The translations under genes were made by a program, and so were the position numbers. Below the pieces are notes generated by a model. That model saw only the letters and a list, made by a program, of their open reading frames with translations. It had not been told where the DNA came from and searched no databases. A DNA stretch of 64,000 nt from an uncultured delta proteobacterium (GTDB lineage: Bacteria; Desulfobacterota; Binatia; Binatales; Binataceae), in contig CAWCDG010000004.1 of NCBI GenBank assembly GCA_963794325.1, positions 1,536,001-1,600,000 on the forward strand. Reading direction: 5' to 3'. Below are positions 50,697 through 64,000 of this stretch, piece by piece; the first letter of the stretch is position 1, and each line of letters starts with the position of its first letter.

Positions 50697-52751
50697 TTAT
50701 TGTCGCGAAGGGAGCAGTTGCTTTATCGCTTCCACCAGGCAGTCGGGTTCCACCGGCTTGACCATGCAAAGCTGGAAGCCCTCGTCCATGGCGCGTTTGC
50801 GATCGTGCGAGCTGCCGAGTCCCGTCAACGCCATCGCAAGCATCTCGCTCTCGGGGATTAGGTCGCGAACTCTGCGAATCAGCTCAAAGCCGTCGACGCC
50901 CGGCATGCCGATATCGCTGAGCAGGACCCGCGGAGCGCGATGGGCAATTTCGGACAACGCCTCCTCGACGGATGCAGCGGTCCTGGTCTGCGCGCCGTAT
51001 TGCCGCAGAAGCTCGGCCAGCATTTCGCGGGAGTCGGGTTCGTCATCAACTACCAGGATCGAAACTCCCTCGAGCTGCAACGGCCGCGCAACGGTGTGAT
51101 CGTGATCTTCGCCGGCGGCCGACGTCCTGGAGTTCGTGATAGGCAATCTCACTGAGAAGGTGGCGCCCTGACCGGCGCCGGCGCTGACAGCTTCGACAGT
51201 GCCTGCGTGCAGCTCGACCAGATGACGCACGATTGCGAGGCCCAGACCCAGGCCGCCATGCGCGCGAGTGCTGCCACTATCGGCCTGGCTGAATCTGTCG
51301 AACACGTGCGGCAGGAAATCCTGAGAAATTCCCTGGCCGGTATCGCTGACGCTCAGGGTGAGCTCTTCATCGTGCTGGTCCATACGAACCGTGACGCGGC
51401 CGTCGCGGGGCGTGAACTTGATCGCGTTCGACAGCAAGTTCCAGACGATTTGCTCCAATCGATCCGGGTCGCCGCTGATTTCGTCGCACGCGGCCGCTAC
51501 CTCGCATTCGAGCCCGACGCCTTTCGCGTCGGCAGTCGGACGCATCGCGGCAAGGGCGGCCTCGACGACGGCGCCCATTCGGACCGATCGGAAGGTCAGG
51601 TTGATCTTGCCGCGCATGATCCGCGAGACGTCCAGAATGTCGTCGATAAGCGCGGTCTGCAGGTGGACGTTGCGTTCGATCGTCTCCAGCGCTTTCGACG
51701 ACTTGGCCGTATCGAGCTTTCCGGAGCGCAGCAGATGGACCCATCCCATGATCGCGTTGAGCGGGTTGCGCAGCTCGTGCGATACAGTCGCGAGAAATTC
51801 CTCTTTCATCCGGTTCGCGGTTTCGGCTTCCTGCAACGCCTGATGTTCCGAATGGATGTCGGTTGCCGCGACGATCCATCCGCTTAACTTTCCCGATTCG
51901 TCGTGATGCGGAACTCCGCGCATCAGGAACCATCGGTATTCACCATCGCTATGCCGCCGGAGACGAACCTTGACCTCGGCCGAATGCTGGTTGGCGGTGG
52001 ACAGTTCCCATTCCGCTTTGAGCGTCGGCAGATCGTCCGGGTGGACGAATTCAAACAAACGTTCGGGCGGGACCGCCACCGTCGCCTGCATCCCGATAAA
52101 ATCGACGGCGCGCTGGTTCCAGTAATAGAAGGTCAGGTCGGCGCGCGCGATCCACACGCTCTGCGGCAGCGCGTCCATCAGCGAACGGAAGCGCAGCTCG
52201 CTGCGACGCTCGAAGGCCTCGCGATCGCGTTGGCGGAGCAGCGCACCCTGCCGTCTGATCATCTGCTCTTTCTGGTGCAGGTCCACGAAGACCGAGACCT
52301 TCGAGCGCAGAATTTCGGGATCGAAAGGCTTGAGGAGAAAATCGACGGCGCCGCGCGCATAGCCGCTCGCCACATCAGAGTTGCCAATCGGGACCGCGGT
52401 CAGAAATATAATCGGAATTCTCGCCGAGCTTTCACGCTGGCAGATCACTTCGGCGGTGCGCAGTCCATCCATGCCCGGCATCCGCACGTCCATCAGGATG
52501 ACCGCGAATTCCTCGTTCTGAAGTTTCTCGAGCGCTTCTTCGCCGGAGGTGGCGCGCACCAGCCGCTGGTCCAGCGGATCGAGAATTGCCTCGAGCGCCA
52601 GGAGATTTGCCGGGCGATCGTCCACCAACAGGATGTTCGCCTTGACTCCTGAACCGGCCGGTACTCGCTCGACGCGCGACGCTTGTTGCAGTGTTTTCAT
52701 TTCGCTAATCCGCGCCTCTTCAACTGCACGACTATGCTCGATTTCATCCAT
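50697..52751 (-). CDS. Hybrid sensor kinase REC-PAS-HisKA-HATPase-REC
   Basis: LLVDD...LMDVRMP, PAS (VHPDD...YRWF), SHELRNPL, NLLSNAIKFT, GGLGLGL, C-terminal LVVDD...SDIGMP. Confidence 0.92.
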   Translation of the reverse strand: MDEIEHSRAVEEARISEMKTLQQASRVERVPAGSGVKANILLVDDRPANLLALEAILDPLDQRLVRATSGEEALEKLQNEEFAVILMDVRMPGMDGLRTAEVICQRESSARIPIIFLTAVPIGNSDVASGYARGAVDFLLKPFDPEILRSKVSVFVDLHQKEQMIRRQGALLRQRDREAFERRSELRFRSLMDALPQSVWIARADLTFYYWNQRAVDFIGMQATVAVPPERLFEFVHPDDLPTLKAEWELSTANQHSAEVKVRLRRHSDGEYRWFLMRGVPHHDESGKLSGWIVAATDIHSEHQALQEAETANRMKEEFLATVSHELRNPLNAIMGWVHLLRSGKLDTAKSSKALETIERNVHLQTALIDDILDVSRIMRGKINLTFRSVRMGAVVEAALAAMRPTADAKGVGLECEVAAACDEISGDPDRLEQIVWNLLSNAIKFTPRDGRVTVRMDQHDEELTLSVSDTGQGISQDFLPHVFDRFSQADSGSTRAHGGLGLGLAIVRHLVELHAGTVEAVSAGAGQGATFSVRLPITNSRTSAAGEDHDHTVARPLQLEGVSILVVDDEPDSREMLAELLRQYGAQTRTAASVEEALSEIAHRAPRVLLSDIGMPGVDGFELIRRVRDLIPESEMLAMALTGLGSSHDRKRAMDEGFQLCMVKPVEPDCLVEAIKQLLPSRQ

Positions 52752-52770
52752 TGACGTGCGCGATTCCTGC

Positions 52771-57870
<5,100 letters not shown>

Positions 57871-57927
57871 TTGGATACTCCTTCCAGGAGTCGGTCTCGC
57901 AGCGTTCGCAAAAAATGACGTTCAGAG

Positions 57928-58089
57928 AAAAAGAGCAGGGTGCAATGAGAAGATGATGTGATTCGGAAAATTCCGAATTCTGTGAGGAGGCGGAAATTGC
58001 ACCCTGCTCGACGGACTACCGGCATTCAAATCTCCCCGACAACTGGCCCGTCCATGGGCCACAGGCGACCGTCCGCGGAAAGAAAAGCC
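57928..58089 (-). ncRNA. Putative structured leader / small RNA with terminator-like end
   Basis: Perfect 14-bp inverted repeat (57933-57946 / 57996-58009) enclosing a second hairpin (57961-57978), followed on the minus strand by TTTTT. Extra hairpin at 58044-58061. Lies directly downstream of a sigma54-like motif. Confidence 0.45.
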
Positions 58090-58099
58090 GCTAGCAGCA

Positions 58100-58115
58100 A
58101 GCAGAAAACGTGCCG
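58100..58115 (-). promoter_or_regulatory. Putative sigma54 promoter for the poly-HAMP kinase operon
   Basis: Minus strand CGGCACGTTTTCTGCT: GG-N10-GC. Confidence 0.55.
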
Positions 58116-58222
58116 CCGTAGGTGGCAGATTGATTAAACTAGGAAATAGCGCCTAAAGACTAAGATATCTCCACAGAAGGAGTATCAAAGATGATCCAAA
58201 TCAAACCGAAGATGGGCGCTCT

Positions 58223-58250
58223 GTGAAAAATTTTCCGGAGATTTTTTCAC
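58223..58250. promoter_or_regulatory. AT-rich imperfect palindrome, candidate regulator binding site
   Basis: GTGAAAAA-TTTTCCGGAGAT-TTTTTCAC. Confidence 0.45.
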
Positions 58251-58523
58251 GCTTCACGACTCTTTATTTCCCCGGTCGCTAACACGGTTTCAAAGTCCCG
58301 GACTGTCGTCTTGCTGAAATGATTGTGCGCGAAGCGCGCGATTAAGGAGACCGGAACCGGCTTCGCGTGGCGCGAAGCTGTCCGGAGGCCACAAGCCATT
58401 TCCTCCTGTCGCCGTCACTCGCTGCGTCAGGAGAAGTGGGCGCGCATTCCTCGATATCGCGTTGCTCGCTTCGTTCGAATGACAAGCGGCTCGCGTCGCT
58501 CGCTTCATCAGGACGACAAAACA

Positions 58524-58979
58524 CTAAGACCGGGGGCGGCCGCCGTAGGGCGCCAGGATTTTTTCCAGAGCTGCCAGCGTGGCGCGATTTTCTGAAAGCT
58601 GGCGTTCGAGAACGGTGCGCGTGGTGGCGGGGAAGTCCTGCAAGGCTTTCTCGTACTCGGCGATGACGTCTTTGACGTCCTGACGGCACCAATCGACGAC
58701 GCCGGTATCGCCCATGCTCATTACCACGTTCAGATCCATCTCGGCCCGATCGATGAACCCGCTCACGCTGCCCGATTCTTTGCCGGGCCGCTCGCCTTCG
58801 CCGCCGAGCCGCTTGCGCTCGATATTCAATTCGTCGGCATCTCGGCGGCGGACGGTTTCCTGCCGCTGGAAGAACTGCACCAGCTTTTCCTTGCCGACAT
58901 CCGAAGCGGCGCGACGATAACGCTCCGCGCTGTCAACACAGATCTTGACGAGGTTGTCCAGGCTTTCAAGGTTAGTCAT
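58524..58979 (-). CDS. PA2169/DUF2383 family four-helix-bundle protein
   Basis: L.NLV.IC.DS...Y..A...LGG....SGSVSG.I.R....L...Y..AL pattern; AGGAG RBS. Confidence 0.75.
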   Translation of the reverse strand: MTNLESLDNLVKICVDSAERYRRAASDVGKEKLVQFFQRQETVRRRDADELNIERKRLGGEGERPGKESGSVSGFIDRAEMDLNVVMSMGDTGVVDWCRQDVKDVIAEYEKALQDFPATTRTVLERQLSENRATLAALEKILAPYGGRPRS

Positions 58980-59259
58980 CGCGATTCTCCTGTGGCGCAC
59001 CTGAGGTTTCGGCTGAGCTAACAATATCATAAGAGGTGCGCCCAAGTTTGCGGGAAAAATCGGCGCACGATGCGAATTCTCCGGTGCATTTCGCGCCGGC
59101 AAATGTGGCAAAGGATTGCCATTGTGGTCATGACGATTGCCGGGCCTCGCACTCGACGCATCGCGACAGCACCTGGTCGTCGCGCCTTTGTGATCCGTAA
59201 TTTCTACAGAAGTCGGCTCCTCAAATCGCGCTAACTGTCGCTAACACGGCTCTGACGGT

Positions 59260-59275
59260 TGGCACGCGCAATGCT
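59260..59275 (+). promoter_or_regulatory. Putative sigma54 promoter
   Basis: TGGCACGCGCAATGCT: perfect -24 box, GG-N10-GC, 44 nt upstream of ATG 59319. Confidence 0.65.
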
Positions 59276-59318
59276 CATTTTACGCTGGCTGGAATAACAC
59301 TTTCCGGAGAGCGCAAAA

Positions 59319-59672
59319 ATGAAATACCTGCCAATGATATTAATGCTGGGTACGCTGTTTACGATTGCAATCATCGCCTGCCAGCAACCGATAGGACCTG
59401 TTGTCGGTCACAAGTTGAAGGTAACTGGAAATCAGCACGCGGTTCCTGTGTACCCGGATGAACAGACCTACCTGCACACGTCTCGTGAAAAGCAGGAGGG
59501 CGGAGTTGTCGGAGTCGTCGGTGAGGTGAAGCAGAATCTCACGGCGAAACAACTCGACGACCAGACTCCGGTGCAGATCGTTAACCGCGACGGCTACGGC
59601 GCAATGATTACGGTGACTGACGGGCCGATGAAGGGAGCGACCGGATTCGTCGCGAAGCAGAACGTCGACTGA
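59319..59672 (+). CDS. Small hypothetical lipoprotein
   Basis: MKY + hydrophobic stretch + IIAC lipobox-like site; GGAGA RBS. Confidence 0.7.
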   Translation: MKYLPMILMLGTLFTIAIIACQQPIGPVVGHKLKVTGNQHAVPVYPDEQTYLHTSREKQEGGVVGVVGEVKQNLTAKQLDDQTPVQIVNRDGYGAMITVTDGPMKGATGFVAKQNVD

Positions 59673-59704
59673 GCGGCCGAGGGGGAGACCGAGCGGCTGG
59701 CTGC

Positions 59705-60678
59705 CTTTCAAAGTATCGGTCGAAGCGGGACTTCCAGAAGACCGCCGAGAAGAAACGAATTTCTGATAATGTGGTGTGGTGGGCGTCGAGATCACGAAGC
59801 CGGAAAAAGTTCTGTGGCCCGACGCCGGCGATCGCAAGCCGGTCACCAAGCTGGATTTGGCGAAATATTACGAGGCGGTCGGGCCCTGGATGATCGCGCA
59901 TCTGAAAGGCCGGCCGTGCTCGATTGTCCGTGCGCCCGATGGGATTGGCGGACAGCATTTCTTTCAGCGCCATGCGATGCCGGGGACGTCGAGCATGCTC
60001 ACCCTGACCAGGGTTGCCGGCAGCAAGGAACCGTATCTTCAAATCGATCGCATCGAAGCTCTCGCGGAAATCGCGCAACTGGCTGGACTGGAGCTGCATC
60101 CGTGGAATTGCCAGCCCGGGAATCCTGAGGTGCCCGGGCGCCTGGTGTTCGATCTCGATCCGGCGCCCGGGGTTGATTTTGCAGACGTCGTCGAGGGCGC
60201 GTGCGAAGTTTGCGGTCGGCTGGAAGCGGTCGGCCTCGTGGGCTTTTGCAAAACGACAGGCGGCAAGGGGATGCATGTCGTGTCGCCGCTCAGCCGCCCG
60301 AAAAAGGGCGAACTGTCGTGGGCGGATGCCAAAGCCTTCGCCCGCAATCTCTGCTTACAAATGGTCGCCGACAATCCCAAACGATATCTCGCGAAGATGA
60401 CGAAGAAGGCGCGCACCGGCCGAATCTACCTCGACTACTTGCGCAACGATCGCACCGCGACCGCAGTGGCGCCGCTGTCACCGCGCGCCCGCGACGGCGC
60501 TCCGGTGTCGATGCCACTGCTATGGACGCAGGTACGTTCCGGAATCGACCCTCGACGCTTCACGATTCGCACCGCTCCGACACTCATCGCGAAAAGCACA
60601 GCATGGCAAGACTACTGCGATTCCGAACGACCGCTCGCGCCGGCAATCAAGCGATTGACAAAAGCTACCGCGGCTTGA
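59705..60678 (+). pseudogene. ligD: Internally deleted ligD: short N-terminal relic plus intact polymerase (primase-like) domain
   Basis: 59705-59749 encodes LSKYRSKRDFQKTAE (LigD N-terminus) out of frame with ORF 59776-60678, which has POL motifs [56 protein letters not shown]. Confidence 0.75.
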
Positions 60679-62066
60679 GTGCGTCGTTCTGGCGTGCGCT
60701 GATTCTGATCATCGGCGTGCATTGCCTTGCTGGATGCGGAACGATGCCTGATGCGTTCGCGCTGATGCACGACCATAAGATGTACCGGCGCCATTTCAAG
60801 GTCGTCAGCAGTCAGGGACCGCTGTCAGCCAGCGAGAGCAAAGAGATCATCGAAAGGCTCGAGGAGCGGAGCGGCAAGAGCGACATCCTCGGGCGCCATC
60901 TGGCTTTCGAACAGGCAATCAGCGGAAGTCCGCTGATACTGGGAAACCAGGTGACGTTGCTCGAGAACGGCGCGGCTACCTATCGGGCGATGTTAGGCGC
61001 GATCGAAGGCGCGACCCACAACATCAATCTCGAAACCTACACCTTCGACGGCGACAAGATTGGGGAACGGTTCGCGAATGCGCTGATCGAGAAACAGCAG
61101 CAGGGGGTTCAGGTAAATGTAATTTACGACGGCTTCGGATCCGTTCTCACGCCTCGCAGCTTTTTCAATCGGATGCGCGCGAACAACATCCACCTGGTCG
61201 AGTTTGACCCGCTCGATCCCTTTGCGGCGGGCTTTCGATGGGCTCCGCTACATCGCGACCATCGCAAGTTGATGATTGTGGACGGCTCGATCGCAATCAC
61301 CGGCGGCATCAACATTTCGGGTGTCAATTCCAGCAGTCTCACAATAGAGAGCAAGAATTCATCCAACGCGGTCTTGTATTCGTGGCGTGACAGCGACGTG
61401 CAAGTCGAAGGTCCGGCGGTATCAGAATACCAGGAACTATTCTTCGCCAACTGGCGCAATCAAGGCGGCGCGCCGCTCAACCACTTTGAGGACTATTTTC
61501 CAGCCGTCGGCAATCGTGGTGATCAGATCGTTCGCGTGCTCGGAACCGTGCCGCAGGAATTCAGCACGATCTACGTGACGCTGATCTCCGCGATCCGCAA
61601 CGCCGAGAAGAACGTCTATATCACCGATGCTTATTTTGCGCCCGACAGTCAGATGCTGGAAGCACTGGAAGGCGCGGCGAAACGCGGCGTGGACGTTCGC
61701 TTGCTCCTGCCCGGGCGCACCGACCAGCCGGTGATTGGGCGCGCGGCGCGCGCTTACTTTTCCGAACTGTTGGCGGCAGGGGTCAAAATTTACCTTTGGC
61801 AGGGTAAAATGCTGCACGCGAAGACCGCAACTATCGACGGGGTCTGGTCCACGGTCGGTTCGTCGAATCTCGATTGGTGGAGCATCGCGCGCAACGACGA
61901 AATCAACACAGTAGTCCTCAGCGTCCGATTCGGAGACGAAATGAACGCAGCGTTTATGCGCGATCTAAAGAACTCGGAGCAGATAGAAGCTACTGAGTGG
62001 CAACAACGATCGCCTATCGAGCGAATCGAGGAAGCTATCGCACGAACCCTCAAGCCGATGCTCTAG
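60675..62066 (+). CDS. cls: Cardiolipin synthase / phospholipase D family protein
   Basis: Two HKD motifs (HRKLMIVD; HAKTATID), GGINI, GSSNLD; TTG start overlapping the ligD stop (TTGA); LAGC lipobox-like site. Confidence 0.88.
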   Translation: MSASFWRALILIIGVHCLAGCGTMPDAFALMHDHKMYRRHFKVVSSQGPLSASESKEIIERLEERSGKSDILGRHLAFEQAISGSPLILGNQVTLLENGAATYRAMLGAIEGATHNINLETYTFDGDKIGERFANALIEKQQQGVQVNVIYDGFGSVLTPRSFFNRMRANNIHLVEFDPLDPFAAGFRWAPLHRDHRKLMIVDGSIAITGGINISGVNSSSLTIESKNSSNAVLYSWRDSDVQVEGPAVSEYQELFFANWRNQGGAPLNHFEDYFPAVGNRGDQIVRVLGTVPQEFSTIYVTLISAIRNAEKNVYITDAYFAPDSQMLEALEGAAKRGVDVRLLLPGRTDQPVIGRAARAYFSELLAAGVKIYLWQGKMLHAKTATIDGVWSTVGSSNLDWWSIARNDEINTVVLSVRFGDEMNAAFMRDLKNSEQIEATEWQQRSPIERIEEAIARTLKPML

Positions 62067-62498
62067 GTGTCTGACCGCGCAGACTAATAGCCACGCAGGT
62101 AGAGACCAGCAGCCCTACTACTTACACCACCACCACGGATGATCACGACAGCATCCTGGGATCGACGGCGCACGCTGTCGGCACCATAATCGCGGCATCG
62201 TTCCGGCTGGTTGGCGACGCGCTGAGCATCGTCTTTTAGAATCGATCCGGCTTCGCGTGGTTGTTTAATCGCGTTTTAGCGCGCTGAAGTTTGGTCAGGC
62301 GCGCCGCTTGACGCAAGGACCCAATCGACGGTAATTTTTCGTCCGAACATTACCTAATTTGCTGTCGCGCTAATTCTCAGACGCCGGTGCCGGAAACCTC
62401 ATGTCTGATCTGGGACTTCGAGAGGCAGAATTTACTAAGGCGGCTACGGGTCGCATGACACCGATTCGTCTGGCGCCCAGCTTGGAGTGTCTCTTGAG

Positions 62499-63602
62499 AT
62501 GAGGCGCGAGGACGAAACAGTGGCGAACCCGCTTATGCGGGACGATCCCGATCATTTATTCTCGCTCTTGATGGGTAACATCCCCGCACGCGTTTGGATA
62601 AAGGACGCGCTCGGGCGATACGTGTTCGTCAATCCGCAGCTTTGTTCGGATATTGGCATCGGACGCGAAAAATGGATTGGCTCGACTGACGAAGAATTGT
62701 TTCCAAACGTAGGTGAGGTCTATTGGCGCAAGGACCAGCAGGTCCTCTCCACCGGTAACCCATTGGTATCCACTGACCAGGTCGAGCGAGGAAAATTTCT
62801 TTTCGTCATCAGATTTCCCTTGGCCATAGATCGCAAGGACCATGTCGCCGCGGTGGGCGTCGAGACCACGGAGCAAATGTCGGCTCTGATCGGTTTCTTC
62901 CACTTGCGCGACGAACTGTTTCGAAACGAGCGGCTGCGGGCGATCGGCGAGATGGCTTCCGGCCTGGCGCACGACCTGAGGAATATTCTGAACGCGAGTA
63001 CTCTCAGGCTTAATATTCTGCGGTCGAAGGCCGGCGAGAATTTGACCCAGGATCTGGACGCGCTAGCGAGAACCGTCAATGCGGCTGCCGAGCGGGTGCG
63101 CGGACTTCAGGAATTTGTGAACGAGCGGCCACAGGAGAACCTGGAGAGTTCTGACATTTCAGTCCTGATAGCTGAAGCTGTCGAAATGGTCGACTATCTA
63201 ATCGAGAAGACACCGACGGTAAAAGGCGGCACCGTCAAACTGGAAGTCGAGATTCCTGCTTCATTGCCGAAGGTTTGGGCTTTTCCAAACCAGGTGAAGC
63301 ACGTGATTGCGAATCTTCTGATCAACGGACGCGAAGCGATGCCAGACGGCGGCATTCTGACAATCGAAGCCAGATCGAGTTCGAATACCGTCGAGGTGGC
63401 CGTGATGGATGAAGGCATCGGCATTCCTGAAGACGTTCAGCATAAGATGTTCGAACCGTTCTTCACGACCAAGGAGCTAGGCACTGGTTTGGGTCTCTCG
63501 ATGGCGCGCGATGTCATGACCAGATTAGGCGGGCAGATTCGCGCCGAGAACCATTCTCCACAAGGAGCAGCGATCTTCCTGAATTTTCGCATCGCGGAAT
63601 AG
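62499..63602 (+). CDS. PAS-domain sensor histidine kinase (start uncertain)
   Basis: PAS (VWIKDALGRYVFVN), GLAHDLRNIL, NLLING.EAM, DEGIGIP, FEPFFTTK, GTGLGLS. Confidence 0.9.
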   Translation: MRREDETVANPLMRDDPDHLFSLLMGNIPARVWIKDALGRYVFVNPQLCSDIGIGREKWIGSTDEELFPNVGEVYWRKDQQVLSTGNPLVSTDQVERGKFLFVIRFPLAIDRKDHVAAVGVETTEQMSALIGFFHLRDELFRNERLRAIGEMASGLAHDLRNILNASTLRLNILRSKAGENLTQDLDALARTVNAAAERVRGLQEFVNERPQENLESSDISVLIAEAVEMVDYLIEKTPTVKGGTVKLEVEIPASLPKVWAFPNQVKHVIANLLINGREAMPDGGILTIEARSSSNTVEVAVMDEGIGIPEDVQHKMFEPFFTTKELGTGLGLSMARDVMTRLGGQIRAENHSPQGAAIFLNFRIAE

Positions 63603-63770
63603 TTACACGCCGGCGCGTAGTTTTTACATGCTTCACAAGTGCCGATGCAAAAATTGGCACGGATCCCTGCTTCGAGCGGAATAAAACAGCCACTTTCCCG
63701 ATAACCCCTAAGTACATCTCTTGCTTATATTGGCGAGCCGTCCGCGACGCGGTTTGGCGGAGGTGTAGTA

Positions 63771-64000
63771 ATGCTCGAAACAAACGTGGCTCTGGATTCG
63801 ACTTCCAGCAGCGAAGATCTACCGGAGCCATCTGCGGCCGATTTGAAATCAAATGATTTTCGCGAGCTGGGGTCGGCGCCAATCGATTTGAAGCCTGGCG
63901 ACCTGGTCGAAGTTCTTGGCGCCGCCGAAATCATGTCGAGCCTCGATGCCGACGGGAAGCTCGACGGCTTGCCGTTCATGCCCGAGATGCTGGCATTTTG
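63771..64000 (+). CDS. 3'-truncated conserved hypothetical protein
   Basis: GAGGTG RBS, ATG 63771, open to the window end: ...LKPGDLVEVLGAAEIMSSLDADGKLDGLPFMPEMLAF. Confidence 0.7.
   Translation, partial: MLETNVALDSTSSSEDLPEPSAADLKSNDFRELGSAPIDLKPGDLVEVLGAAEIMSSLDADGKLDGLPFMPEMLAF

Noticed and set aside
58275-59249. 13-bp direct repeat GTCGCTAACACGG (58275, 59237) flanking the PA2169-like gene
   Set aside because: Repeats of this length are expected by chance in 64 kb; no transposase or terminal inverted repeats support a target-site duplication.
60201-60674. N-terminal extension of the cls ORF
   Set aside because: Overlaps the LigD POL domain in another frame; the TTGA overlap at 60675 is the more plausible start.
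62085-62190. Possible small minus-strand ORF remnant downstream of cls
   Set aside because: Frames are interrupted, with no convincing start or motif.
58357-62260. 14-bp direct repeat CCGGCTTCGCGTGG (58357, 62247)
   Set aside because: GC-rich and short; no integrase or tRNA to suggest att sites.

Overview
GC-rich bacterial chromosomal DNA; the gene style (DUF1302-type barrel, Thr/Pro-linker surface protein, poly-HAMP kinase) suggests a soil or peat organism such as Candidatus Binatota, which is inference only. (1) 1.1-33.8 kb is a co-directional surface-polysaccharide locus. A NusG/RfaH-type paralogue sits just upstream. The locus encodes an SLBB/Wza-type exporter, lytic transglycosylase, Wzi, Wzz, a Wzy-like polymerase, 11 glycosyltransferases (four are tandem GT2 paralogues), FkbM methyltransferase, radical SAM enzyme, carbamoyltransferase, GDP-mannose 3,5-epimerase-like enzyme and Gmd. 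It also carries unexpected passengers: an S9 peptidase, a Kelch/Thr-rich surface protein and a 38-aa doubly coupled ORF. Three of its genes carry apparent +1 frameshifts. (2) 33.8-50.7 kb is metabolic: metH, L-fucose-type catabolic genes, K+ channel, MaoC/CitE pair, pobA, a DUF433-DUF5615 TA pair, GST, NiCoT transporter and epoxide hydrolase. (3) 50.7-64 kb is a signalling/stress block: a poly-HAMP hybrid kinase and partner, PA2169-family protein, an internally deleted ligD, cardiolipin synthase and a PAS kinase. Several sigma54-like promoters occur, and a strongly structured ~160-nt leader or sRNA lies upstream of the poly-HAMP kinase. No rRNA, tRNA, CRISPR array or intact mobile element was seen. 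All family assignments come from motif recognition by eye, not database searches.
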